In this document: positions 49,968-62,688 of the stretch, one piece after another | Position numbering within the stretch: position 1 is the first letter of the stretch | Layout: each line of letters begins with the position of its first letter | Assembly: GCF_963921235.1 (NCBI RefSeq) | Contig: NC_086097.1 | Coordinates: 89,096,001-89,160,000, forward strand | Origin: Mobula hypostoma | Lineage: Eukaryota | Direction: 5' to 3' | Length of the DNA stretch: 64,000 bases | Position numbers and translations under genes: made by a program | Notes under the pieces: model-generated | Told to the model about the DNA's origin: nothing | The model's database searches: none | The model's input: only the letters and a program-made list of their open reading frames with translations

Positions 49968-49990
49968 AAATAAATAATTAAATAATTAAG
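49930..49990. repeat. (TAAA)n microsatellite
   Basis: Seen directly. Confidence 0.95.
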
Positions 49991-50520
49991 CAATGAATAT
50001 CAAGAACTTGAGATAAAGAGTCCTTGAAACTAAGCCCATAGGTTGTGGGAACCTTTCAGTGATGGGGCAAGTGCAGTTGAGTGAAGCTTTCCCCTTTGGT
50101 TCAAGAGACTAATAGTTGAGGGGTAATAACTGTTCCTGAACCTGGTGGTGTGAATCCTGAGACTCCTGCACCTCATTGCTGATGGCAGCAGCGAGAAGAG
50201 AGCATAACCTGGGTGGTGGGGGTCTCTGATGATGGATGCTGCTTTCCTGCAACAATGTTCCATGTTAATGTGCTCAATAGGGGGGAGGGTTTTACCCGTG
50301 ATGTACTGCCGTATCCACTACCTTCTGTAGGATTTTCTGTTCAAGGCCATTGGTGTTTCCATATCAGGCTGTGATACACCCAGTCAATATACTCCCCAAT
50401 ACATATCTATATAAAGTTTGTCAAAGATTTAGATGTTATGCTGAATCTTTGCAAACTCCTAAGGAAGCTGAGGCGCTGCCATGATTCCTTTGTAATTACA
50501 CTTACTAGCTGGGCCCAGAA

Positions 50521-50937
50521 TAGTCATAGTCATAGTCATACTTTATTGATCCCGGGGGAAATTGGTTTTCGTTACAGTTGCACCATAAATAATTAAATAG
50601 TAATATGTAAATTATGCCAGGAAATAAGTCCAAGACCAGCCTATTGGCTCAGGGTGTCTGACCCTCCATGGGAGGAGTTGTAAAGTTTGATGGCCACAGG
50701 CAGGAATGACTTCCTATGACGCTCTGTGTTGCATCTCAGTGGAATGAGTCTCCGGCTGAATGTACTCCTGTGCCCAACCAGTACATTATGTGGTGGATGG
50801 GAGACATTGTCAAAGGTGGCATGCAACTTGGACAGCATCCTCTTTTCAGACACCACCGTCAGAGAGTCCAGTTCCATCCCCACAACATCACTGGCCTTAC
50901 GAATGGGTTTGTTGATTCTGTTGGTGTCTGCTACCCA
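50521..50937 (-). mobile_element. Second Rex1-like LINE 3' end nested in Rex1
   Basis: RINKPIRKASDVVG..RCNTERHRKSFLPVAIKLYN; (ATGACT)n tail. Confidence 0.7.
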
Positions 50938-51951
50938 ACGGAACAGCGGAATAAGTCCGCTGAAATGATAACGCCTCATAATTTAAAGTTGCTGACCCTC
51001 CCCATCTCTGATCCCCCAATGAGGACTAGCTCATGGGCCTGCTTTCCTTCTCAAGTCAATAATCAACTCCTTGGTCTTGCTGACATTGAGTAAGAGGTTG
51101 CTCTTGTGGCACCACTCAGCCAGATTTTCAATCTCCCTCCTATACGCTGATTCTTCACCACCTTTGATTCAGCCTATGACAATAGTGTTGTCAGCATACT
51201 TGAACATGGCATTGGAGCTGTGCTTAGCCACACAGTCTTAAGTGTAAAGCAAGTAGAGCAGGCGGCTAAGCGCACAGCCTTGTAGTGCACCTTTGCTGAT
51301 GGAGATCATAGAGGAGATATTGTTGCCAATCTGAACTGAATAAGGTCTGCAACTGAGGAAAACAAGGATCTAATTACACAAGGATGTATTAAGGGCAAAG
51401 CCTTGAAGCTTATTGATTAGTTTTGAGGGGATGCCGAGTTGCGGTCAGTATAGAGCATCATGATGCGTGCACCCTTGCTGCCCAGGTGTAACGGAGTTGA
51501 GTGAAGAGCCAATGAGATAGCATCTGCTGTGGACCTGTTGCTTCGGTAGATGAATTGGAGCAGATCCATGTCACTTCTCAGGCAGGAGATATGTTTCATC
51601 ACCAGCCTCTCAAATCATTTCATCATTGTGGATGTAAGTGCTACTGGACAACAGTCATTGAGGCGAGTTACCATGTTCTTCATGGGTATTAGTATAATTG
51701 AAGCCTGCTTGAAATGGCTGGATACATCAGACTGCTGAAGCGAGAGGTTAAAGATCTCAGTGAACACTCCTGCCAGTTGATCAGCATGGGTCTTTAGAAC
51801 TTGGCCAGGCATCCCAACTGGGCTGGATGCTTTCCATCGGTTCACCTTCCTGAAGAAGCTCGCATGTTGACGTTAGAGACTAAAATCAGAAGGTCACTGG
51901 GAGCTTTGGGAGTTTCTGAAGGTGCCTCCATGTTTTGACGGTCAAAGTGAG

Positions 51952-54414
51952 TGTAAAATTTCTACTGCTATGGTGTGAGGTAGTTTTCTGTAAAAGCAGT
52001 GAGTCCTGCTGGACGGAGTGTTTTGGCTTCAGCTGAAGATAAGGAGCCATGCTATCCAACTTGGGAATGTCATGTCAGCCAATCAGGATTGTGGGATGTG
52101 AGAGATGGTTCTGGAATACTGGGCGGGAAGAGTTTTCTGAAGGGCAGTTTTCTAGTTTTGGAGCTTTTAGTGGGAGGTGCAGAGAGAAAAGCAGCAGGGA
52201 AGACACCCGGAGAATCCAAAGGGAAGACCCGATTGCAAGGGGTGCTTCATGAGGCAGAAGATTCCTAGAAGGGAAGTTCTACCTGTGGTTGGTGATGAGA
52301 ACTCAGCACCCAGCTACTACAGAAATGAGCTCCAATGTTTATGTGCACATTTAGACTAGTTTAAATGTAATGGGCCCTTCTATTTTTTTTCTTCCTCTGT
52401 TAACTGTTTGATAAAGTTAAAAATTGGTAAATATACCTTCTTTATAATTTTATGCTTGCGTACTATCTGTCATTTCTGGGCTACTAGTAACTGTACTTAC
52501 ACAGCATTTGCTCAAATTGAGGTTCTTTTAATTGGAACATCCCAACATTTCTGTTCGTTGAACCCCAAATCATACTGACCCTTGATGTGTATTGCTTATG
52601 AAAGGTGGCCTTCTCACTGCTGAAGCACATGGCTTGTAGCAGAGTTAGCTAATGAGCCAAGTTGGTGTATAAGCTCCGATGAGATGGTTGCATTTGTGGG
52701 GATTCATCCGGGATTTCAGATGCTGTGCGAATGCTGTTTAAGGATTGATTAAGTAGTTTATAGTGTGCTTTATTTGTATGTCTAAGACAGTGCTTAAACT
52801 AGCATTTGGAGAAAGTGAGGTGTGTTGTAATTAAGGTACTTTATTATGGATGCTGTGGGGATTAATGTTTAGTGCAATTCAAAGCAGTTATCCACAAGGC
52901 ATGTTGTGTTCTGAGCGGGGTGGATATTTGAACCCTCAATGAACTGCTACTCAGAGTACTGAATTCTGTAGAAACACTAGAGAAAGTTACACTGGTTGAA
53001 CGGTGTTTTGAACAATCAGCGGGTAAGGATGTTGTATTGGTTCAGGCTACCAGTGACGTAACTGAATTCACGCTGCCTGTTAAGATAGGGGCGCCTGGAG
53101 AGGTGGAGCGATGGGCTGTCCATATTTTTAAAGGCAAGTTGTTTATAGCTGAGGGTTAAGACTTTAAAGCCAAGTTGTTCTCGTTTCTGTGAAGTGAGTG
53201 AAAGGACTTGTCTGAGGTGAAAGGTCTAATGGGTCCTTCAGTGGTTGATCTAAATTCTGAGCTGGTCTCCACAATTACGTCACTAGTTGATAAATACCAA
53301 AGTGTACCTGTGGAGAGCCAATATTATCATAGGCTGAGAGTGTTCTCTGGAGTCAAGCCCACCCTTGATGACTCTCTCCAAAATTTTCGGAAACAGATGT
53401 TGGAGTAGCTGAGACCTTTGATACATTAGTATTAATCTATCTGAATACAGATGAAAAAAGTGAAGCTTCCTTTATTGTGGGAACAAATACTCCCATTGTG
53501 ACAAGGCTCATGGGATCATGCAAGGAAAGAAATAGAGAGAACTTTTTGAAAATCTCATCATTCATCTGCTGTTCAGAGTAGCTTTTGAGAAGTTCCTCCT
53601 AAGCAGGATGATGAGCAGAAACAAGGAGCTGTGTGGTACACTCTGTACAAACCCATCGTGTTATGTCCTAGGGAGGTAGCAAGATTGACGGGAAACCCCA
53701 GATTCCCCAGAATGCCTGATACTGAGGCCCTCCTGGTTGATGCTGTGGAGCATCACAAGAAAGAGTTACCCTTACCTGCTGGAATGCTGGTGAGACCTGA
53801 ACTGCAGAAACCTTCAGCTGTCCATGCCAACAGGATGACAGTGATTGTCAAGAACACCTCAGAGGGAGAGGGGTTACACTCAGACGTGGGGTGCCAATGG
53901 CACATCTTTTCCCTGTGAGGGTAATGTCTAATTTTCTGGTGCAAAAACCAGGAGAGAGATAGTCTCGTGGATCAGGAAAGTTAACAGCAAAGTCATTCAA
54001 CTTTGGTGACTTCCTGGTACTCAAGGAATAGATAAGGAGAGTAACTGAGAAGATGCTGAAGCTCGAAGATGTCTTTTCTATTGACGAGTTCGATGTGGGT
54101 CGCTCCAAGAGTACTTGCCATACTATTAGAGTGAAGGAGGACATCCCTTTCAGAGAGAGGTCTCGATGGTTAGGATCTGTCATTTCTGGGCTACCGATGA
54201 CTGTGTATAGGCAGTATTTACACAGCATTCATTCAAATTGAGGTTCTTTTCATTGGAACATCCCGACGTTTCTGTTTGGTTGAACCCCAAATCACACCGA
54301 CCCTAGATGTGTATTGCTTATGAAAAGTGGCCTTCTTACCGCTGAATCACATGGCTTTTAGCAAAGTTAGCTAAAAAGACAAGTTGGTAAACGATCCCCG
54401 GTTAGAGGGTTGCA
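51952..54414 (+). mobile_element. Internally deleted PNMA-Gag Gypsy element
   Basis: 5' LTR 51952-52692; degenerate tRNA-Pro PBS 52697-52714; YHRLRVFSGVKPT, LVRPELQKPS and FDVGRSKSTCHTIRV homologous to the 10265 element; partial 3' LTR ~54170-54414; flanks tgag/caag. Confidence 0.85.
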
Positions 54415-55629
54415 CAAGCAATGGAAGGCATTGAGTTTAACTGGAAGCAAAGCCCTGTTGCTTGATTTAACTTAATAAGAGGTCATGGCATTCAAGACCT
54501 GCCATTACTGTCCAGCACCCTTCATTGATTCAAGTTTAGTCTGGGATTACCACTTCACCTGTGAGGTGGCTTTCTGGATATTGTACCTGGACCTCCTGTA
54601 ACTTTCTCAATTACCACAATTGAATGCCTCTGAACTGGCCCTCAGCAGATTGTCAATCTCATGGTTCATCAGGGCTTCTGGTTGGGAAAGACAATGATTT
54701 TATGGGGACACACTCATGTGCAACTGTTTTCATAAAGTCCATGACCACCATGGTGTATTCATTCAAATCCACAGATGAGTCCTCGAACACGGCCCAGTCC
54801 ACCGACCTGAGGCAATCCCAGAGCTGGTCCTCTGCCTCTTGTGACCACCTTCTTGTGTTCCTTACTTCTGGAGCCTTGCTCTTTAGTCTCTGCCTGTGTG
54901 CAGGTAGAAGAATGGGAGAGATAATAGTTCAGCCATGATGGAATGGTGGAGCAGACTCCATGGGCCGAATGACCAAATTCTGCTCCTGTATCTTCTGGTC
55001 TTCCGGTTATTTTGTGTGTTACTCTGGATTTTCAGCATCTTTTGTGTACTTTCTGCGTTTATGATATTGGAGCAATTAAGTTTTTCATTGCACCTGAGCA
55101 TCCATATACACGAGCATATGGCAATAAACTCGACTTTAAGGTCCCGCCTTTTTTTAATGTGAAAATTCCGGAAAAATTAACATTCAGTGTCATCAGCAAC
55201 AAGATGCAAAGACGTCAGCTGCCCTTTGGAATCGCTTTCCAGAAGTTCAGTGAATCAAGAGTGAGAAGGTGAGTAAAACATGCTGCTAGCAGTCTCACTC
55301 TCATTTGATGGTGATGACCAGAAGCAGACTTCTCCCCTCACTCTTCTCTTGAAAGACCAAAATGAAATCTGAGATTGTCCACAGGTGATGTAACAGCACC
55401 ATCTACTGGGGTGAAGCTAAACTAACCAAATATGAAGCGGAATACGTTTATTATTGTCACATGTACCAAGACACAGTGAAAAGCTTTCCAGGAATGCCAT
55501 TCAGACAGATAATCCATACATATGTACACCGAGCTAGTAAAAAGGAAAATAGAATGCAGAATATATTCTGTTACTGTTACTGAGAAAGTGCAGTACAGAT
55601 AAACAAATAAAATGCAAAGATCTTAACAA

Positions 55630-56170
55630 GGAAGTTTGGGAGATCAAGAGCTTGCTTATTTTGCCCACAGCATGAGTAAACCTATGTTAAACTGCTGGAA
55701 TATTGCCCATCATCTATTCTTTAGGTCACTAATTTCTCAGCCTTTGATTGCTGGAAGAACTGTTTTTCTCCCCCTTTTTAACGATTTAATGGCATTTCCA
55801 ATCCAAAAACACCTTGTACTTGTAGTTACTTAACTCCTGGGTCTCGTCAAGCCAATCCTGGTGTTATCTGCTAGAAAAACCAAGAGCCTCTTCATTGGTG
55901 TCAATCATGGTGGACTTCAGGGCAGTTTGCGTACTGTGGCTGCTCTGCGACTCCTGTTGTTTAGATGTCAGGTTGTCCATGAGGCCCTGTCAGGAGCTCT
56001 CTTTGCAGGTCCTTTGAGACTTTCAGAATTGATTTTATATTTTTGTAGCAGTGTTTCTGTGGCCATTGAACCTTTTGGCCAAGTAATTAACAGAATGAAT
56101 TCAGTGAGGCCCACTACAGACATCCTTGTGATCTCTTACATCATCAGTGACATCATCGGTGACTCAGTGC
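55630..56170 (-). mobile_element. Old RTE-like LINE fragment
   Basis: Minus strand LKSTMIDTNEEALGFSSR*HQDWLDE, homologous to 33760-33900. Confidence 0.6.
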
Positions 56171-56809
56171 AAGAGTATCAGCCGCCTTTTGTACTCACCT
56201 CTCCAGTTTACAGTGAAACCAAACTTCAGGAAGTGATCCCAAAGAGGGAGTAAGATATAGGTGCAGCAGGAAATTGTTGGGGGGTGTGGAATGGGACTAA
56301 AAGGACTGTTCTTCAGTGCTGGTATGGCCTACTGTGCCATAATAAGATATGAATTCCACCTAACATGAAAGCAAAACTCGGCAAATCTTAAATAAAGCAG
56401 AGAAAGCTTGAAATACTCATCAAACAACATCTGTGTGAAGAAAGAAGAAGAGTTAATGTTCCAGGTGGATAATCTGAGCAAAACCTGTCCACCTGAAATT
56501 GTAACCTTGTTTTCCTCCCTCTTCATAAAAACAACTTTCCAGGCCACATCTATTTAAAATTCAACCTGGATCTATAAAATACAATCATGATCTAAAGTGA
56601 ACAAGCATGCTCAGGTAGTTTTAGAGGGAATTACAAAATGTTGGAGGTGGGAATACATAGTTTTTTTCTGAGGTGTTGTAGTTGAGGTATAGAGAAGATT
56701 TATTATTAGTGGCAAGCATAATAAGAATAAAAGAATTGGAAGGAGGAGAATACTGTTTAACTTCTTATGCCTGCACTGTTGTTCAATATATCATGACTGA
56801 TCGGGTAGG

Positions 56810-57115
56810 GTAGATAGGGTAGACAGTCAGAATCTTTTCCCAGTGTAGACTCGTCAAGTAACTGAGGGCATGCACTTAAGGTGAGGGGGTAAAGTTTAAA
56901 AAAGATGTGCGGAGCAAATTCTTTTTACACATTGGGGAATGCTGGGACAGGGTGCTAGGGAGATGCTGGAAGCAGACACAACGGTGACATTTAAGCAGCT
57001 GTTAAATGGATACTTGAACATGCAGAGAATGGAAGGATATGAATCATGTGCAGGCAGAAGGGATTTAGATTAACTTGCCATCGTAGGATGAAGGGCTTCT
57101 TCCTGTGCTGTACGA
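56810..57115 (+). mobile_element. CR1 3' fragment
   Basis: 'aatcttttcccag..gggcatgcacttaaggtgaggggg..tttttacaca..gaagggcttcttcctgtgctgta'. Confidence 0.65.
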
Positions 57116-58593
57116 TGAATCTTTCATTTTAATCCCCTTATTTCTTCTGCTACCCTCTACTGTGTCTTAACAACGTAAGAGGAAAATGGTGTACCAGGAA
57201 GAAACCCTGGTGTAGTCACAGGCAGAAATAAGACGTTCCTACTTTTCTTACTCTAAAGCTTTGACAAGAAAGATCAACGTTGGAGCCTCTGTACCAGTCT
57301 GTCATGCAACCAGTCAGTATGCTCTCCACCTTACAAATTTGCAAGTACAATGTCTCCTCAAGATCCTAATAAAGTAGAACCACTGGCATTCCTGCTTCAC
57401 GACTGCATGAATGTGTTACAGCCAGCATTGATCCTCTGAGATGTTGATGCCGAGGAAGATAAAGCTGTTCACCCTTTCACCTCTGACCTCTAAGTGTGCA
57501 AGCTGGAGTGATCGAAACTGCACTTCCTGAAAAGGTAGTGGAAGCCAATTCAACCATTACCTCTGGATATTCACTTAAGGAGGTTAAAGGAGCAGGATGA
57601 TAGGATCAATGATACTGAAGGCTCTTTCATTAACCCAGTTCATACATGATGACTTCATAGTCTCCGTGTGAATGTTATGATTTTCATACTTTAATAACCA
57701 AGTGAGGCTTCACCGTATTAGGAGCTGGGATGGGAATGTTGAGGGGGAGGGGTGGGGTGTCCAGCAATATTCAGTAACAGCTTCGGGAGTAATGTGCACT
57801 TTCATTTGGGTTCTCCATGCAATCACAAAACGAAAGGAAAGAGAGGCAGACTCACAGGGTCACCACACAATTGTGAGATGGGGGAAGGGGATGACAATGT
57901 AGATGCCATAAAGCAATCTGGCCTGGCTGGAGAATATCCGACTCAGCATGAGGAATTAAACATTTAGGATGGAGGTAAGGAGAAATCTTTAGAATTCTTA
58001 AACCCCCCCCCCCCGCCACGAATAGTTGACACACAGTTCCATAGTATAATTGTGTCACATACCAACAGACTCTTGGTCACTTGGAAAATGAGGAACACAA
58101 AAAAGTGGGAAATGATAAAGATCATCCGCAATCCCACTGGGTGGTGGAACAGGCCTGAGGAATCACCTGCCTCTGCTTCTTCGGTCCTGCACGTGACAAT
58201 ACAGTACATTCCAGAATTAATCACCATGCATGCTCTTCACCATAAGGTCAATCTAAAATTTGGCCTCAGAAGAAGAGACTTTCCGCTACATTCCACCACC
58301 TGCTTCTGCAAAGTCCAGTCTGCAATGACAACAGCACCAACCCCTCTCAGGACATAGACATCACCGACAAGCCCAGCATCTCCTCCCCAGTCCTGCTCTG
58401 TCTATAAATGTAGTGGCTGCAGATCTGAAGCAACCTCAGAGAATGGGTAAGGTGAACCACATTCAGTCAGGAGACTGGGGTCACATACACACCATGTCAT
58501 GAATGAACAAGGGTTTCCAACTGTAAGAGACTATAGTAGCCCAACAGTAAATTTTCTGGCTAGTCCATGAGCTCATGAAGATAAGAATACTTA

Positions 58594-59995
58594 AATTCAA
58601 AGGGTCAAAGGTACAATTTAATGTCAGAGAAATGTATACAATATATATCCTGAGGAGGGAGGAGAAGACAGTAGCGCGATGCAGTGAGCGCGGCCGCTCC
58701 GAATTGATATCGTATGTGTTAACTAGGATGCCGTGCACAATCCTGATTTGATGGAGACAGCCGCGAGAAGCACGGAGGAACATCTGGAGAAACTTCTGAA
58801 ATGCCTGCTTCACTGCCGCTGCTACTGGGCGATCAAGAATCTCCGGAGGGGAAGGCCCCAAATCCTCAGCTTTGCCTACTGCCTGTTGCCGGGACCAGGG
58901 TCAAAACACTCGGCAGAGATGGTGCTCGGTGCTCAGTGTCAGAGAGCTGGTCGGAAGCTCGAAGTTTTCGGACGGACTTGGAGTCGGACTGTGGTCGGGT
59001 GCTTCCAGGATGCTGCATCGGTAAGTTTGCGGCGCTGGAAGCTCATGGCAGGAAGAGTTTTCTTCCTTCAACCACCTGCATGAGATGATGGGACTTTCAA
59101 GAGACTTTGAGACTTTTTACCGTGCCTATGGTCTGTTCCTCTATCCAATTACGGTATTGCTTTGCTCTGTTGTAACTATATGTTATAATTATGTGGTTTT
59201 TGTCAGTTTTTTCAGTCTTGATTTGTCTTTCTGTGATATCATTCTGCAGGAACAAATTGTATTTCTTAATGCATGCATTACTAAATAACAATAAAAGAGG
59301 ACTGCGTGTCCTCATAATTTAATCTAAAATGCTTTTTCTTTGCAACCATCCACGAAAACAGAGGAGTACCCCAAAGAATGAATGACAGTTAAATGTTAGA
59401 GCCCCAAAGTCCCCCTCAGCCTCCCTCCCTCCTGCACAAAAAAATCATCAGCATCGCCACCAAGCTCTCAAGTGCGAGCAAAGCAATAGCAAAGACACAG
59501 ACTTGCAGTTACCCCAAAGACTTCGCGTTTCACCTGGTATTCGACATACCACAGGTTCTCTCTCTCTCTCTCTCTTTCTCTCCTTAATAAGGGAGGAAGA
59601 AGTGTCTCCATTTTCCCAGCGAGCAGGGAGACATAACAAACAACTCGCTGATTTACGGTGTTAAAACTCCATTGCTTTGCCTTTTTTGAGCTCTGTGCCT
59701 GAAGATTGCAAAGATCCTGGGTCTTCAGCCACACAGTTGCAGATAACCCGTCACCCCTGATGACACACGTGTCTCCTGTCATGACACCAACCTTCGATCC
59801 GCCGGTCTCCGGAGCCCCGAGATCCTAGGCTTCCGAATCCGAGCTGGACTCTTAGTCCAAGCCTTTAGCGTGCCGAACAACAATGGCCGATCATGGAACC
59901 CCAAGAGCGGGTGCCATTCCTGCAAAGAACCATGGTCAGCGTGTAACTCCAGGTCAGGGTCTTCAAAAGAATGCTGAAAAGGAAAAATAGAAATT
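58594..59995 (-). mobile_element. Family X copy with nested insertion
   Basis: Reverse match to 37620-38324; split at cctga|aatgc. Confidence 0.78.
58652..59325 (+). mobile_element. Unclassified non-autonomous retroposon nested in family X
   Basis: CpG-rich 5' part, T-rich 3' part, AATAAA and an aatttaatctaa tail; interrupts otherwise continuous family X sequence. Confidence 0.6.
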
Positions 59996-60129
59996 TTGTG
60001 CTTGTATTAGAAAACATAATGCCTGCTAATGAGTTGAAGAAGCGGGTTGGGGAGGGAAGGCAAAACACAAACCTTAGTTCTTACCGATTGGTCAACTCTG
60101 CTGTAAGCAAGGACAATTTACTGAGCGAA

Positions 60130-60560
60130 GGAAAGCAGCATCCATCATCAAGGACATGCTCTCTTTTCGCAGCAGCCATCAGGAAGCAAGTACAGGGCCC
60201 TCAGCACCCGCACCACCTGGTTCAGGAACAGTTATTCCTCTAGAACCATCAGGCTCCTGAACCAGAGGGGATAACTTCACTCACCCCATCACTGAACTGA
60301 TCCCACAAACTATGAACTCATTTTCTCAATATTTGTTGCTTATTTATTTATTATTATTATTTTGTTTTTCCCTCATTTTGTATTTGCTCAGTTTGTTGTC
60401 TTTTGCATATTGGTTGTAGTTCATCCTAATGGGAATGGCCTGGCATTGATTCGAAGCAACACACACAAAATGCTGTTAGAACTCAGCAGTTGAGGGAGCA
60501 CCTATAGATAAGAGTAAACAGTTGATGTTTTGGGCAGAGACCTTTCATCAAGACTCATGG
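60130..60560. mobile_element. Rex1-like 3' fragment (+) followed by Penelope terminus (-)
   Basis: 'aaagcagcatccatcatcaaggac'; 'caacacacacaaaatgctg..cagttgatgttttgggcagagacctttcatcaagac'. Confidence 0.65.
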
Positions 60561-60569
60561 GGAAGACAC

Positions 60570-60898
60570 CAGTTGTGAAGTCTACTCGCCCACTGGACCT
60601 GGACTTCCAAAGTCAAGAGAGTAAACTGCCTCAGTGCGACATCTTTTCCACATTAAAAACTCTTCCACACAGGTTTCCCGTCATTGTCGGATACAACAGA
60701 CATCCACCAGTAGTACGGTCGTGTTCTAATTTGTTCTGTACTTTATTTAAATACATAAATTGTTACTCAGTTAAAAAAGTAGTTTGTGTTTTTATACCCT
60801 TTTAACTATTTCCATGAAACCAGCAAATTGTGGCAGCTGCTTAATTGGGCCAAATATATACTGGTTCCGATGTGACCCAATTAACTAGAATCCACTAT
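60570..60898. mobile_element. Tigger/pogo-like DNA transposon end
   Basis: Terminal 'cccaattaactagaatccactata' resembles pogo/Tigger TIRs, with an internal inverted ttaattggg. Confidence 0.45.
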
Positions 60899-62532
60899 AA
60901 CACTGAAAATTACAGTAAGTAGAGGATAAGTTATGTGATTCAATTTAACCTGAGCCAAATTCAGCAATTTAGTCCCCAGACATGATTGATAGCAAAACTA
61001 TCCAATCATTTCCACTTTCTTCTATGAGTAGCATTGTGACAAGGCAATCATCTCAAATTCTCACAACGTGTTTGGAATCACACTCTCTGGATTACTATTC
61101 CAGGACTCCAGATCACTGACTTACTGATAATTAAAACAGCCCTGCATCAGCAGTGGTGAAGTTTGAAAGAATCGGCTACAATAATGTCCTTCGTGATCCT
61201 GTATAAATGCCACCTGGTTAACGCTGCAAGTACTGCAGAAGACTCTCCTATTGAAGCACAAGTCAATTATGCAGTTTGCAATTGGGCTCAGGTCTTAGCA
61301 GGTTCTCAGTGACATAAATACCATTGCCTACTTGCAGTTGAAGTCAGCTGACCAATGACTCAAGTCCCTGTAGATGATGCCTACACATAAGATACCAGAT
61401 GATGCCCAGATAGATTTGGAACTCACACGGTGAGACTAATGCATAATTCCATTAACCAGCTATGAATAGTGCCAGCTCTATACATTCAGGAGAACTCTTC
61501 ACAAGGACTCCGCTGTCTGCAATGAGACATCACTAAGCTGCCCTAAACTAACTTTGCTGCCCTGTATATGACCGAGCTGACATTGTGCGGCCAGGAAGCA
61601 GCTTGTAATCGTTCCTAGGATTGGCGAGTTCATTGTTCCCTGCCTCAGCGTGATCAGCCTTGGGAATTCAGCGGAGGGCTAGACTTGTCAATCACTGCAG
61701 GCTGCAAGAACCAATGTATGGGATATGTACAAGTCACCTCAGAGGAAGACGCTTTCCACTATTAATATATGCCATCTTATTCCAGGTCTAGGTTGTAATG
61801 AACTCTTCTCAAGACACGAACATTATTGGTAAGCCCACCATCTCCTCCCCAACCCTATTCTGCTTATGAATATAATGGCTACAGATTTGAAACAACCTGA
61901 GTTGACAGCTCAAGTCAAACATGTTCAGGCAGGGGACTGGAGTCACATACACGCCAGGTCACAAAAGGACAATGGGTTTCCATCCATCAAAGACAGTGGT
62001 GACATTGTTCCCAAAGTCAATGGCCCCTAATTCAGATGAAAATATATAAGTCTGAATCCAAGTTCATGTCACTCCTGGTGGTCAGGAGCTCGATAGAGTG
62101 AAGAGCCTATTTCCATGCTATATCTCTCTATGACTCTTTGACTCTATGAATTGGGTGACCTAAAGATTGTAAGGAAGCTCCCCATATCAGAACTTATAAA
62201 ATCCTGGGAATTTTCAAAAAAATTGCAGGTCAAATCAGGAGAGCACTCATGTGAGCACTTTGTAAATGGACTGTTTCAAAGCTAAATGATCTCTGATCAA
62301 GTACAGATCTTTTTTATTTCTCCATTGCCAAATTCCAAACCACAGCTTCAAGAGCAGGACAGAGGTTAACAATCCTGAAGTGAGTGCCTCAGCTCGGAAA
62401 ACCTGGTCTTCCACTATGTAAAAGGTGCAAGTCAGGATACATACTTTGATGATAAATATACCTTGAAATTTGAGGGTCACAACAGAATACTCTCCATTTG
62501 CCTGGATTAGTGTAGTTCCAATTATACTTAAG

Positions 62533-62688
62533 TGTTGGCGCATGGCCAAGTGGTTAAGGCGTTCGTCTAGTGATCTGAAGGTCACTAGTTCGAGCCTTGG
62601 CTGAGGCAGCGTGTGTGTCCTTGAGGAAGGCAATTAACCACACATTGCTCTGCGACGACACCAGTGCCAAGCTGTATGGGTCCTAATG
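62533..62688 (+). mobile_element. tRNA-derived SINE, 3' truncated
   Basis: A box TGGCCAAGTGG (62543-62553) and B box GTTCGAGCC (62588-62596); the body continues into non-tRNA sequence. Confidence 0.75.

Larger units (their letters stand above)
49990..54910 (-). mobile_element. Rex1/Babar-like LINE with two nested insertions
   Basis: VLKTHADQLAGVFTEIFNLSL, LNDCCPVALTSTMMK, NRSTADAISLALH, KAASIIRDPHHPG; 54620-54910 matches 19880-20100 in reverse. Confidence 0.8.

Noticed and set aside
55861..56253. 130-aa plus-strand ORF as a host exon
   Set aside because: The opposite strand is a decayed RTE ORF2.
58400..58460. Gamma-crystallin-like exon 1 (ATG GGT AAG|gt)
   Set aside because: No downstream exon with an I.FYED-type Greek-key sequence found in the window.
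62533..62605. Functional tRNA gene
   Set aside because: No convincing acceptor stem or T-run terminator; it continues into a repeat body shared with 47530.
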